Source of the DNA: Candidatus Dojkabacteria bacterium
GTDB taxonomy: Bacteria; Patescibacteriota; Dojkabacteria; J137
Length of the DNA: 64,000 bases
NCBI GenBank assembly: GCA_040006935.1
Contig: JBDTVZ010000002.1
Location: 43,904 to 107,903 of the forward strand
Direction of reading: 5' to 3'
Part shown: piece by piece, positions 9,629 to 19,619 of the stretch
Layout: each line of letters opens with the position of its first letter
Position numbering within the stretch: position 1 is the stretch's first letter
Notes under the pieces: model-generated
What the model was told of the DNA's origin: nothing
Seen by the model: only the letters and a program-made list of their open reading frames with translations
The model's database searches: none
Made by a program: the position numbers and the translations under genes

Positions 9629-10783
9629 TCATTTAATAACTCCACCTCCTAAACAAACTTCTCCAGAATAAATAACTAAACTTTGTCCAGATGCTACAGC
9701 TCTGACGGGTTCATCAAATATGAACACCTCCCGGTTCTTCATGCCTGACGGCAGGCAAGCCGGACCACCCTCCTCAAGGAGGGATTTTCTGATTAATTTT
9801 CCTGCTACTGGTTTTTGTCTGTATCTAACACTTGCTTCTAATTTTATTTCTGAGATTTGGTCTCTGAGTTCAGGATTTATCAAATGTAAATTCTCTAATT
9901 CTACTTCCTGAGAATACAATGCTTTGTGATCAGATCCCAAACATACATAGACAATATTTTTCTCAATATCTTTTTTACAAACAAAATATGGAACCACAGT
10001 TCCTCCAATTCCTAAACCATCTCTTTGCCCAATTGTATAAAAGTACACTCCTTTATGTTTTCCTACAACTTTATTCGTATCAATATCTCTAATTTCACCT
10101 TCTTTTACTGGAATTTTACTCATTAAAAATTGTAGAACATTAATCTCTCCTATAAAGCAAATCCCTTGGCTATCAGGTTTTTTAGCGTTTGGAAGTTCAG
10201 CTTCTTCTGCAATCTTTCGAACTTCTGGTTTTTGTAAATGACCTATTGGGAATAAAACTTTATCTAATTGATCGTGAGTTAGATTGTAAAGGAAATAAGT
10301 TTGATCTTTATTCGAATCTTTTCCCTTTAACATAAACGGTCCTTGAGATCCTCTGAGATCTGATGACTGATAACTCATAATTTTCTGTGCATAATGTCCA
10401 GTGGCAATGAAATCTGCACCTTCTGAAATTGCTTTCTCTAAAAATAACTTGAATTTGATTTCTTTGTTACACATCACATCAGGGTTTGGTGTTCTCCCTT
10501 TTTCGTATTCATTAAAAAAATATTCAACAACTTTATCTCTATATTGCTTTTCAAAATTCATGGATCTAAATGGAATTCCAATGTGCTTGCAAACTGCTTC
10601 TGCATCTTTTTGATCTTCTTCCCAGGGGCAATCAGCTTGTATCCCAAATTCATCACCAGACCAATTTTTCATATAAACTCCAGTTACATCGTAACCTTGT
10701 TTCTTTAAAAGATATGCGGAAACGGCAGAATCGACTCCGCCGGAAAGACCTACAAATACTTTTTTACCTTTTATCTGATTCAT
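9629..10783 (-). CDS. mnmA: tRNA-specific 2-thiouridylase MnmA, carrying an in-frame palindromic insertion near the C-terminus
   Basis: KKVFVGLSGGVDSAVSAYLL PP-loop motif. Start trimmed to MNQIKGKK (ATG at 10781-10783) because the longer ORF N-terminus is encoded by a palindromic repeat. Insertion peptide KSLLEEGGPACLPSGMKNREVF. Confidence 0.8.
   Translation of the reverse strand: MNQIKGKKVFVGLSGGVDSAVSAYLLKKQGYDVTGVYMKNWSGDEFGIQADCPWEEDQKDAEAVCKHIGIPFRSMNFEKQYRDKVVEYFFNEYEKGRTPNPDVMCNKEIKFKLFLEKAISEGADFIATGHYAQKIMSYQSSDLRGSQGPFMLKGKDSNKDQTYFLYNLTHDQLDKVLFPIGHLQKPEVRKIAEEAELPNAKKPDSQGICFIGEINVLQFLMSKIPVKEGEIRDIDTNKVVGKHKGVYFYTIGQRDGLGIGGTVVPYFVCKKDIEKNIVYVCLGSDHKALYSQEVELENLHLINPELRDQISEIKLEASVRYRQKPVAGKLIRKSLLEEGGPACLPSGMKNREVFIFDEPVRAVASGQSLVIYSGEVCLGGGVIK
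9723..9787. repeat. Family-A palindromic element inside mnmA with nested gcctgacggcaggc hairpin
   Basis: aacacctcccggttcttcatgcctgacggcaggcaagccggaccaccctcctcaaggagggatt. The ends are shared with the dus copy. The centre carries the GCCTG...CAGGC hairpin family. Confidence 0.7.
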
Positions 10784-10947
10784 TGAATTTTTGAATAGAT
10801 CTTTCGACAAGCTCCATGCTCGCATGCCCAAGGCAGGCAAGCGGGACATGTAAAATTAGATTTCGAAAAACATAGCTCTTCTCAATAAATTTTACCGTTG
10901 ATTATACCATGCAGAAGCAAATTAGAACCGACACAGACTTAGGAGTA

Positions 10948-11784
10948 CTAAAAATACTTAATCAGAAGCATATCTATTAAACCCTCCACTTCCGCTATGT
11001 CCAAAGTTAAACCAATTGCAATATCGTCGTCACCACTTGTTTGAATCTTATATAAACTATCCTCTTCTCTGAATTCTACTACCAAACTTTTATTACCTAT
11101 GTATGCAGATTGATCCACTAGTTCTGCAATATTAACACTTCCTATTTGTTTTGCAGGCTTTCCCATACTTAATGGATTATCACTGACTGGAGCTAAATAT
11201 ATATCTGCAGGTTGAGCTGTAAATTTTGAATTGCGGTAAACATAGGGAATATTCACATTAACTGTTCCTTCAGCAATAGCCCTATACTCCTTTATTCCTA
11301 GGCTATCAAAACGATACTTCTGGGAATTATTTCCCTCTAATTTTCGTGAAAATGTCATTATTGGTTCACCTGTTTCTCCTTCTTGCATAAAAGTTATTTC
11401 AAGATTAGCGCCTTCTTTAATTTTATCGTTATCAAGAATAATGCTAAAAGTTCCTAAGTCATTAACTAATACGTTTAAAGCTGTTCCATTCTCCAATCGT
11501 GCGGTAATCCTAATCGAATCATCTGAAGATAGAAATTTTATATTTTTATTTCCTGAGAGAAGGTCTTTAGCATCATGTCTACTATTTTGAAGATCGGTCA
11601 GAAGTAATTCCCAAATAGTGCCTGCATAATCAATTCTGAGTATTCTCTTTAATGTTGCATCAATTGTCTGAAGAGTTTTTTTATTCAGTTCTATAGCAGG
11701 ATTTTGTGAGATTACTTCAGATACGCTAACTTGCTCAGGCTTAACAGTGCCTGTAGTTTTCCGTGAGAAAATTGATGGCCCCAT
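10948..11784 (-). CDS. Hypothetical protein
   Basis: 278-aa ORF, no recognisable motifs. Confidence 0.35.
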   Translation of the reverse strand: MGPSIFSRKTTGTVKPEQVSVSEVISQNPAIELNKKTLQTIDATLKRILRIDYAGTIWELLLTDLQNSRHDAKDLLSGNKNIKFLSSDDSIRITARLENGTALNVLVNDLGTFSIILDNDKIKEGANLEITFMQEGETGEPIMTFSRKLEGNNSQKYRFDSLGIKEYRAIAEGTVNVNIPYVYRNSKFTAQPADIYLAPVSDNPLSMGKPAKQIGSVNIAELVDQSAYIGNKSLVVEFREEDSLYKIQTSGDDDIAIGLTLDIAEVEGLIDMLLIKYF

Positions 11785-11850
11785 ACTTAAAGATAAAATT
11801 TAGAAGATATTTAATTATCGCAGTATTATAAAAATTTTCAATGAAGGAAT

Positions 11851-12837
11851 TTATTCTGGAGTCAAAGTGATCTCGCATACTTCACATTGGGTACCAATTC
11901 TCATTCTCGTCTTAGAAAAACCTGCACCTTGTGTAATAAATAATTGGACATCATCCTTAAGTTTGTACAAACCTCTAACAAGCCAAGTATTTTTACAAGG
12001 TATTGGTAAAACATTGCCTATGATTGGCAAAATGATTTGTCCAGCATGGGTATGCCCAGAAAGAACCAGAGATACATTATCTCCTTTCACCAGGAAGTCA
12101 ATTATATCTGGATTATGTGATATTAAAACTCTTAATTGATTCAAATTAGAATCTTTAAAAGCTCTCTCAATATCGAAATTGAAAGAAAAAAGATCTGTTA
12201 TTCCACCAAAATATAACTCGCCATAGCTAAATCCATTGTTATTTAAAAATTTTATTCCGGACTTGGACATCATTCTTAAAAATTGATCTGGGGATTTATT
12301 TGGCTGATCTTCTTTTAAATACAATGTATCGTGATTACCGTAAACTCCTATTTTGTTCTTTGTTCTAATCTGTTCGAGTAATAGTACAATTCGCGCGTCG
12401 AGTTCGTCACAAAGGAAATCTCCTCCAAAAATTACTAGATCACAATCCGAAGAGTTAATTATTTCAACTATGTTTTGAACCTTTTTCTCCCCCGCACCAT
12501 AATATTCTGGTCCAAAATGAATGTCTGCTACAAATATAAATTTTAAACTCTTAGCTAAATTTGGAATCTCTATTTGGTACTTATTTAAAATTATTTTTTG
12601 AGAGTCGATAAATATTTTATAGAAGTGAAAGACTGAGTAGAAAAATATCAGAAAGCCAATTGTTATTAGAACTGACTGATCTACTTTTAATAAAGATAGA
12701 ATTCCTAACCCGGCAAAGAGAAACAAAGGTAGAAAATCAATACCTAAGCCAAAAAAAAATGTTCTCAATTCCAATAGATGAGAATACTTAAAAGCTGCGA
12801 AATCTTTTATGATTTGATCTTTGGTGTATTTTTTCAT
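11851..12837 (-). CDS. Membrane-anchored metallophosphoesterase (calcineurin-like)
   Basis: N-terminal TM helices. Motifs DIHFGP, GGDF, GNHD, SGHTHAGQ. Confidence 0.75.
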   Translation of the reverse strand: MKKYTKDQIIKDFAAFKYSHLLELRTFFFGLGIDFLPLFLFAGLGILSLLKVDQSVLITIGFLIFFYSVFHFYKIFIDSQKIILNKYQIEIPNLAKSLKFIFVADIHFGPEYYGAGEKKVQNIVEIINSSDCDLVIFGGDFLCDELDARIVLLLEQIRTKNKIGVYGNHDTLYLKEDQPNKSPDQFLRMMSKSGIKFLNNNGFSYGELYFGGITDLFSFNFDIERAFKDSNLNQLRVLISHNPDIIDFLVKGDNVSLVLSGHTHAGQIILPIIGNVLPIPCKNTWLVRGLYKLKDDVQLFITQGAGFSKTRMRIGTQCEVCEITLTPE

Positions 12838-12901
12838 TTCTTGATTGTAATTTTTAAAATTCTTACTTAAAATCCAATGTTTAGATTTTACTTTAATAAA
12901 C

Positions 12902-13780
12902 TTGGCAGATCAAACTTCTAATGACAACCCTACTTTAGATCTCCCTATAAAAAACGAGCTCCTCTTACAAAAATTACCGGGACTAGAAAAAGATCCTCAA
13001 TTAAATCCCGAATCTATGCGAAAACAAATAGATAAAACAGTGCTAGGAATACTTGGCTATATAGAAAGGGCACTCATGACTTTACCTCCTGGTGGAAAAC
13101 TTAATTTAGTATTTCCCTTAGAAGGTGGCTATTTAATTTATCATGAATTACAAAAACTTCTCATTAATACAGATGAGATTAACATTATTTTCGCTTCAAA
13201 ATTTCATACTCCAAGTACAAAAAATACTTACGTACTTTCTCAAAGCGACCTTAAAGGAAATACATTTGTTTTGGATGATATTTTTGATGAAGGTACAAGC
13301 AGTCAAATGATACAAAGGATAGCAGGCATTCCCAGTGATTGCTTTAAAGTATTTGTATTTAGTACAAAGAAGGCAACCGATTTTAAACAAAGAAACGTCC
13401 CCCTTTATACTTACGAAGATGCATGGGTTACCTCAGGTTTTGGAATGAATAGCGGGAAATTTGGAGAGAACGAAGTTATAGATGCTTTTCATTCTGGTAG
13501 AATTGACGACAAGGATAAAAATGTATTAATCGTCATGCATAATGAAATTGAGATACTTGAAAGATTATGCGGAATGTCTTTCTTACTGAGGTCTTTTAAA
13601 GAAGTGGACGATTGGAGGTTTAATATAGAATCTCTAAGAGTCTATGGACAATTACTCTGGCAAAACACACTCTATAAAGACGAAGAGGAGTTTATACTTA
13701 TGTATACCAAACTAAGTGAGCTGCAAGGCAAAGTAGCTGTGCAGAAATTTCAGGCACTAGGAGTTTTAAAAGAGGGTTAA
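12902..13780 (+). CDS. Hypothetical protein with a loose phosphoribosyltransferase-like PRPP motif
   Basis: TTG start. Motif TFVLDDIFDEGTS resembles the type I PRTase PRPP loop. Weak. Confidence 0.3.
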   Translation: MADQTSNDNPTLDLPIKNELLLQKLPGLEKDPQLNPESMRKQIDKTVLGILGYIERALMTLPPGGKLNLVFPLEGGYLIYHELQKLLINTDEINIIFASKFHTPSTKNTYVLSQSDLKGNTFVLDDIFDEGTSSQMIQRIAGIPSDCFKVFVFSTKKATDFKQRNVPLYTYEDAWVTSGFGMNSGKFGENEVIDAFHSGRIDDKDKNVLIVMHNEIEILERLCGMSFLLRSFKEVDDWRFNIESLRVYGQLLWQNTLYKDEEEFILMYTKLSELQGKVAVQKFQALGVLKEG

Positions 13781-13781
13781 A

Positions 13782-15083
13782 ATGAACGAGCAGCATTTGG
13801 ATAACAATCCTAATTTACTTCGAGAAAGAAAATCTCGACATGAACCGATCCATCAATGTTTAAACTTAATTAAATCAATTGCACCGGACTATCGAAATAT
13901 ATGGGAGGATTTAATGAGATTACTAATAGATCACGAGTATGATACCACAGGATATTCCCTAGATATTTCCCAAATTATTGTGATGTTACGGTTATGTTTA
14001 GATTATGATATTGAGGAAGTCGCTAAACTTAATGGTATTAATTACGGGAGCTTTATCAAGACTCTTGATAATGTTATTGCAGCCTTTTATTTTCTAATAT
14101 CAGATGAGAATGTTTTTCCCAAGTACCTTCTCAATAAAGAATCGTTAAATGACTTATCCATATTTGAAAGACATCTCAAACAAAAGAAAAGAGTTGAAAA
14201 TATAGTAAGAAATAAAGATATTAGGAGTATAGTAAATCGCTGCATTCCTTTAAGTGACCTTGTAAAAGAATTAGTTGATAGAGGAACTATACGACCTTTT
14301 CTTAAAAGCATTAACCTTACTTATGAGAATTCAGTTAATGTTGATAATAGTTTCTACAGATTTATAGTAAGTGGCGATCTAAGAGGTGGTAATTTAACCC
14401 TTCTAAGGCGCGTTTTGTATGCAAAGTGGTTATGCAGAGATATAAAAATAAATAATCTTTATGACCATGAACTCACAATCATTTATGGAAATATTGGGAA
14501 GTGGGCTATGGATCAAGAAGTGACTAAAGAAAATGCACACATTAGAGAAACTTCACTTTTTTTCAAATATCTTTTTCTTAAAGAATTTAATGAGGGGTTT
14601 TTAGATCTGAATAGAGAAGACGAGGAAATAAAAGAATTGTTTCCAATTAGAAAAATGATGAAAAATAGGAGATTTTCTAGTAATCGAATTTTCATACCTA
14701 TAAATAGATACTCTGAAAGTGTACAGTTGAGATTTACAAGGTTATTTATAGTTAAAAATGGAGTTGCTATAATTCCCATAGACTGGGACAAATATTATGA
14801 TAATGGACCTATGCCGAGTCAATTCGAAGATTATATTAAGAAATTTGTTATAGAGAAAGATAGATTATCAACTATAGAAGATATCTCTAGGACTTTAATG
14901 ATGTCTCCTTCAAGTATGCGAAAAGTCTATGATAGATCTCTAAAATTAATCGATCTTATACTTTCCTCTAATTATTTTTTTCAACATACTGGTAGGCTAA
15001 GTGAACAATTGAAAGAAAGCATGATTGAAAAGGCATATAACTCATATAAGGTAACAATTCAATCAATACATACTGAATCCTAA
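13782..15083 (+). CDS. Hypothetical protein with putative HTH-like segments
   Basis: 433-aa ORF. Its start is 1 nt after the upstream stop, so the two are probably translationally coupled. Segments IEEVAKLNGINYGSFIKTL and IEDISRTLMMSPSSMRKVYDRSLKLI look HTH-like. Confidence 0.35.
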   Translation: MNEQHLDNNPNLLRERKSRHEPIHQCLNLIKSIAPDYRNIWEDLMRLLIDHEYDTTGYSLDISQIIVMLRLCLDYDIEEVAKLNGINYGSFIKTLDNVIAAFYFLISDENVFPKYLLNKESLNDLSIFERHLKQKKRVENIVRNKDIRSIVNRCIPLSDLVKELVDRGTIRPFLKSINLTYENSVNVDNSFYRFIVSGDLRGGNLTLLRRVLYAKWLCRDIKINNLYDHELTIIYGNIGKWAMDQEVTKENAHIRETSLFFKYLFLKEFNEGFLDLNREDEEIKELFPIRKMMKNRRFSSNRIFIPINRYSESVQLRFTRLFIVKNGVAIIPIDWDKYYDNGPMPSQFEDYIKKFVIEKDRLSTIEDISRTLMMSPSSMRKVYDRSLKLIDLILSSNYFFQHTGRLSEQLKESMIEKAYNSYKVTIQSIHTES

Positions 15084-15742
15084 AACAACACCTTATTTTC
15101 CTTAAAACTAAACCAACTATCTTCAGTTACAATTACATGATCTAGTACTTTTATATCTAATAATTCCCCAGCAGCTATCAAAGTTTTGGTTACATCAATA
15201 TCGTTCTCAGATGGGTCTGGGAGATTCGATGGATGATTATGTGCAATTATTATACTTGCTGCAGAATTTTTTATCGCAGATTCGAATACTTCTCGCGGAT
15301 GCACTAAACTTGAGTTTATAGTTCCAATCGAAATTACTTCTTTCTTCACAGCTTGATTTCGTGAATCTAAAAATAAAACTACAAAATGCTCTCTTTTACT
15401 TCTACGGATTTCCGTAAGTTCTTTCCATACATCTTCGGGACTTAAAATAATATTTCGTTTTTTATCTTTCAAAAATCTTTTCCCAATTTCAAAACACGCA
15501 ATAATTTCTACAGACTTGGTTGGACCAATACCTTTAATTTTAGAAATTTTCTGAATACTTAAATTATTTATGTCCTGATTTACGATTTTTACTAACTCCT
15601 TGGAAAGCTCGAGCACGTTTTTACCAGCACGGCCAGTTCGGACTAATATCGCGAATAACTCCTCGTCAGAAAGTTTTTCCGGTCCATATTTTATTAATTT
15701 TTCTCTTGGTCGTTCTATGCGTGGTAAATCTGCAATTTTCAT
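15080..15742 (-). CDS. radC: RadC-family JAB-domain protein
   Basis: HNHPS...D motif (IIIAHNHPSNLPDPSENDIDVTKTL) and N-terminal HhH. Confidence 0.85.
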   Translation of the reverse strand: MKIADLPRIERPREKLIKYGPEKLSDEELFAILVRTGRAGKNVLELSKELVKIVNQDINNLSIQKISKIKGIGPTKSVEIIACFEIGKRFLKDKKRNIILSPEDVWKELTEIRRSKREHFVVLFLDSRNQAVKKEVISIGTINSSLVHPREVFESAIKNSAASIIIAHNHPSNLPDPSENDIDVTKTLIAAGELLDIKVLDHVIVTEDSWFSFKENKVLF

Positions 15743-15851
15743 TCAAAGATAATATCCTGAATTGGGATTTTATGCAAGGAGAAATTATGTTTTCGTTTAA
15801 TTTATAAGAAGGTATTCTGAAGGAATTGAGGGTTATTGCTTCACTAAAGAA

Positions 15852-15871
15852 AGCGACGATTATAATCGTCG
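15852..15871 (-). terminator. Hairpin gcgacgat-tata-atcgtcgc after the pgi stop
   Basis: Perfect 8-bp stem with a flanking A/T run. Lies between the pgi stop (15924) and the radC start. Confidence 0.45.
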
Positions 15872-15923
15872 CCTTCTTCACCCTAATGTTGGATTCCCTT
15901 CATTCTTTAGCTCTCTAATTACT

Positions 15924-17291
15924 TCATTCCGACTTGTATTTCTCAAACTCTTCCTTAACCTCTTCATATCCTTTCTTATTCAAAACTCCATACATTGCAT
16001 TTTTAGAAAGTTCAACACCAGGTTGATCGAATGTATTTATATTTAGAAGATATCCAAAGTAACTAACTGCGACCTCGAAGAAATAAAATAGTTGACCTAA
16101 GTGATATTCATCTAACTTTGGAATTGATAGAGTTGCATTTGGTCTTCCATTTTTTGTTAAAGAGAATGCAGTTGTTTCCTGTTCGTAATTTAGTAATTCA
16201 TGGAAATTATGTCCTTTTAAATAATCAAAAGCTTCTGCACCTTTATAATCAGCTGGAAGATTTAGGCTTTTCCTGCTTCCCTCTGCTCTAATAAAAGTTA
16301 CAACTTTATCGTTTGGACCTTCATTATAAAGTTGTAGCTGAGAATGTTGATCTACTGGCCCAACTGATGCAGTTGGCGTCATGCCTTCGTGAACCTCATT
16401 CCCTTCTAAATCTAATTTCTTCCCAAGGCTTTCTGCCCAAAGTTGTTGATACCATTTTGCGAATTCATAAAGTCCGTATTGATAAGGCATCATTACAGAA
16501 ATATTTTTTCCACCTTTGTAATATAAATATTTTAACCCAACATATTTTAGGATATCATCATTTTCATTTTTTGATTCTTTAATCTTCTCATTTAGCTCTT
16601 GTGCTCCTCTTAATAATTCCTCAACATTAACTCCTACAAGATACGCAGGGATTAGACCGACTGTTGAAAGTACAGAAAATCTTCCTCCAACATCGCTTGG
16701 AACTTCGAAAGCCTCGTAATTTTCTTTTATTGCGAGTTCTCTTAATGTTCCTGTTATTGCATCTGTTAAGAATATAAAATGCTTTTGCGGCGGGTGCTCT
16801 TCCGAATTCATTTCGATATACAGATTTCTAAAATATGCAAATGTTGAAGCCTGCTCTACTGTATTTCCTGATTTTGAAACTACAAAAAACATTGTTTTCT
16901 TTAAATCTATTATTTCTAATAATTCTGAAATTGCTTCTGGGTCTGTTGTGTCTCCAGAAAAATAAATATTTTTTGAATGTTTATCGTCTTCTGTAGTTTT
17001 TTGATTATAGTAAAGCCCATTTACAGCTCTTTGTATTGCTCTCGTTCCTAAATCAGAACCACCAATACCAACTACTACAATTGTGTCCATCTGTTCAGTT
17101 ATTTTTTTAACTTTTACTAAATCTTTTTTTAATACTTCAAAATCATAAGGTAAACGTTTAAATCCAAGGTTTTCATCTAAGAATTTTTTCTTAGCATCTA
17201 GAAGCTTACTCTCTATATCATTTAGTTCTTTCGCATCTACACCTATTCCCAACTTGTCAAAAAACATGTTTTTTAAATCTACTGTAATCAT
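15924..17291 (-). CDS. pgi: Glucose-6-phosphate isomerase
   Basis: GIGGSDLGTRAI motif. Length ~455 aa. Confidence 0.85.
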   Translation of the reverse strand: MITVDLKNMFFDKLGIGVDAKELNDIESKLLDAKKKFLDENLGFKRLPYDFEVLKKDLVKVKKITEQMDTIVVVGIGGSDLGTRAIQRAVNGLYYNQKTTEDDKHSKNIYFSGDTTDPEAISELLEIIDLKKTMFFVVSKSGNTVEQASTFAYFRNLYIEMNSEEHPPQKHFIFLTDAITGTLRELAIKENYEAFEVPSDVGGRFSVLSTVGLIPAYLVGVNVEELLRGAQELNEKIKESKNENDDILKYVGLKYLYYKGGKNISVMMPYQYGLYEFAKWYQQLWAESLGKKLDLEGNEVHEGMTPTASVGPVDQHSQLQLYNEGPNDKVVTFIRAEGSRKSLNLPADYKGAEAFDYLKGHNFHELLNYEQETTAFSLTKNGRPNATLSIPKLDEYHLGQLFYFFEVAVSYFGYLLNINTFDQPGVELSKNAMYGVLNKKGYEEVKEEFEKYKSE

Positions 17292-17401
17292 AATTGTTAA
17301 GTAATAAATATTTAATTATAAGATTTATAAAATTTTTAATCTATATTTGTCTATTAAGAAAATGAGTATATAATATTAATAGTACTTTTTACATTCTTTT
17401 T

Positions 17402-17830
17402 ATGAAGAATTTAGTCGCAATCGTAGCAGTTATATTATTTCTAGGCGTTATTGGAGTGATAGGTTTTGTGGTTTTAAATAACAATACTCCTGCGACATCG
17501 AATAATGTTGTTACAAATGCACAGCCCACACCTGTTCCCGCACCAACATCTAATTCTGATGACTTAGGAACAATAAATTCAGATACAATTGTGGTAGTTT
17601 CAATAAAAGATATGTCTTTTCCAGTTGTAACAACAATTAAAAAAGGACAAATTGTTAAATGGACAAATGACGATGGACTTGTTCACACTGTCACTTTCAA
17701 CGATATTAATGCAAACTCAGGAACAATAACTCCAGGTGGAACATATGACCACAAATTTGATGATGCTGGAAGTTTTACTTATCACTGCAATTTCCATCCC
17801 AATATGGTTGCAACTATTGTTGTTGAGTAG
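17402..17830 (+). CDS. Membrane-anchored blue-copper (cupredoxin, plastocyanin/amicyanin-like) protein
   Basis: N-terminal TM helix. C-terminal type-1 Cu ligands in YHCNFHPNMVATIVV (Cys-x2-His-x4-Met) and an upstream His (GLVHTV). Confidence 0.7.
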   Translation: MKNLVAIVAVILFLGVIGVIGFVVLNNNTPATSNNVVTNAQPTPVPAPTSNSDDLGTINSDTIVVVSIKDMSFPVVTTIKKGQIVKWTNDDGLVHTVTFNDINANSGTITPGGTYDHKFDDAGSFTYHCNFHPNMVATIVVE

Positions 17831-17841
17831 TAGATAAAATT

Positions 17842-18249
17842 TTACTGCAATGTTGCAATTTGATTTGTCGCTTCTTGCAAAAGATTGTCTAATATCTTTG
17901 TTATCGCAGAGTCTAGCTCAGGGTTTTCTATTGCTTCAATATTTACTATGAGTTCTTTTAATCCTTGAAGCCTAATAGTCATGCTAATTCCATCTTCATT
18001 ATCTGGAAGAAGATATATAAGATAAGATCTTTTTAGGATCTCCCTTAAATCAAATAGAAATCTCTGCTTGCTGCCATCAATATCTATACTTACCAATTTA
18101 TTAAAAATATCGAAAAACGCGTTGTTAAATGTAGGTAAATCATGATTAATTTTGTAATCTTCTAAAACAGAATTGAAATCCATTGAAAAGGTCTCTTCTA
18201 AAGAATATCCTGTATTATCTAATAAATTTCCCTTATCTAAGTTACTCAT
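17842..18249 (-). CDS. Hypothetical acidic protein
   Basis: ORF only. Confidence 0.3.
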   Translation of the reverse strand: MSNLDKGNLLDNTGYSLEETFSMDFNSVLEDYKINHDLPTFNNAFFDIFNKLVSIDIDGSKQRFLFDLREILKRSYLIYLLPDNEDGISMTIRLQGLKELIVNIEAIENPELDSAITKILDNLLQEATNQIATLQ

Positions 18250-18458
18250 TGTATTTTTTTAAAAATTAACTTTTTTATTGTAATCTCATAAAAATTATAA
18301 GTCAACAATTCTAGGAAACAATTTCACTTGACGTTATAATACTCACATCTTAAAATACAAAGTCTGAACAGTTAAAAAGTTAATATTTAATAGTTAAGAT
18401 TGCTCCGATTTGTGAGATTCTTCTTAATTATTAACTATTAATTATTAATAAAAAAAAT

Positions 18459-19484
18459 ATGGCAAAAAGAATTGCAATAAATGGATTCGGAAGAATTGGA
18501 AGACTTGTATTCAGAGCTCTTCTAGAAAGAAACATGTTAGATGGTGAAGTTGAAGTAGTTGCTGTTAACGATTTAGTTCCAGCAGAAAATTTAGCTTATC
18601 TACTAAAGTACGATACTACTCATGGGAAATTAGATATGGATGTAAAAGCCATTGATGATAGTACGATTCAAGTTGGAGATTACAAGATTAAAACTCTTGC
18701 TTTAAAAGCAAATCCATCTGAACTACCTTGGAAAGATTTAAATATTGATATTGTGATTGAATCTACAGGATTCTTTACAAAGAAAGCTGATGCATCCGGA
18801 CATTTAACAGCTGGAGCAAAGAAAGTAATTATTTCAGCACCAAGTGACGAAGATGTAAAAACAATTTTAATGGGAGTAAATCACGAGGAATACCAAGGTG
18901 AAGATTTGATTTCAAATGCAAGCTGTACAACAAACTGCTTAGCACCTGTTGTATATGTCTTACTAAAAGAAGGAATCGGATTTGAAGAAGGTTTAATGAC
19001 AACTGCACATGCATATACTGCATCACAAGCAGTAATGGACGGTCCATCTAAAAAGGCATTTAGAGATGGAAGGGCTGCAGCAATGAACGTTATCCCAGCA
19101 TCTACTGGAGCAGCAAAAGCAATTGGATTAGTCCTACCTGAAGTTAAGGGAAAGTTGACAGGAATGTCTTTTAGAGTTCCCGTATCTGATGTTTCTGTTG
19201 TGGATTTAACATTCAAACCAATAAAGGAGACTAGCTTAGCTGAAATTAATGCAGCGATGAAAAAAGCCAGCGAAACTTATCTAAAAGGTATTTTGAACTA
19301 TACTGAAGAACCCGTAGTTTCTAGTGACTTTATTCATGACCCTGCATCAAGTACTTACGATTCAGGTGCAAGTATTGAATTAAATAGTAAATTCTTTAAA
19401 TTAATTGCTTGGTACGACAATGAATGGGGTTATTCAAATAGAATGGCTGATTTGTTAAAAGTTGTTGTAGAGAAGATGGGTTAA
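18459..19484 (+). CDS. gap: Glyceraldehyde-3-phosphate dehydrogenase
   Basis: INGFGRIGR and active-site SCTTNCLAP. ~340 aa. Confidence 0.92.
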   Translation: MAKRIAINGFGRIGRLVFRALLERNMLDGEVEVVAVNDLVPAENLAYLLKYDTTHGKLDMDVKAIDDSTIQVGDYKIKTLALKANPSELPWKDLNIDIVIESTGFFTKKADASGHLTAGAKKVIISAPSDEDVKTILMGVNHEEYQGEDLISNASCTTNCLAPVVYVLLKEGIGFEEGLMTTAHAYTASQAVMDGPSKKAFRDGRAAAMNVIPASTGAAKAIGLVLPEVKGKLTGMSFRVPVSDVSVVDLTFKPIKETSLAEINAAMKKASETYLKGILNYTEEPVVSSDFIHDPASSTYDSGASIELNSKFFKLIAWYDNEWGYSNRMADLLKVVVEKMG

Positions 19485-19619
19485 TCTTATATATAATAAA
19501 TTTGAAGGAGCTGTTTACTCAGCTCCTTTTCTATTCTAAACTTATTTAACTTTATTAACGGATTTTTATATAATTTCAAATAACAAATACTTAATTTGTA
19601 AGCAATTGGAAGTAATAAT

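Noticed and set aside
10784-10849. N-terminal extension of the mnmA ORF (MSRLPALGMRAWSLSKDLFKNS)
   Set aside because: Encoded by a palindromic repeat (cccgcttgcctgccttgggcatgcgagcatgg). Canonical MnmA begins at MNQIKGKKVFVGLSGGVDS, so the extension is probably not translated.
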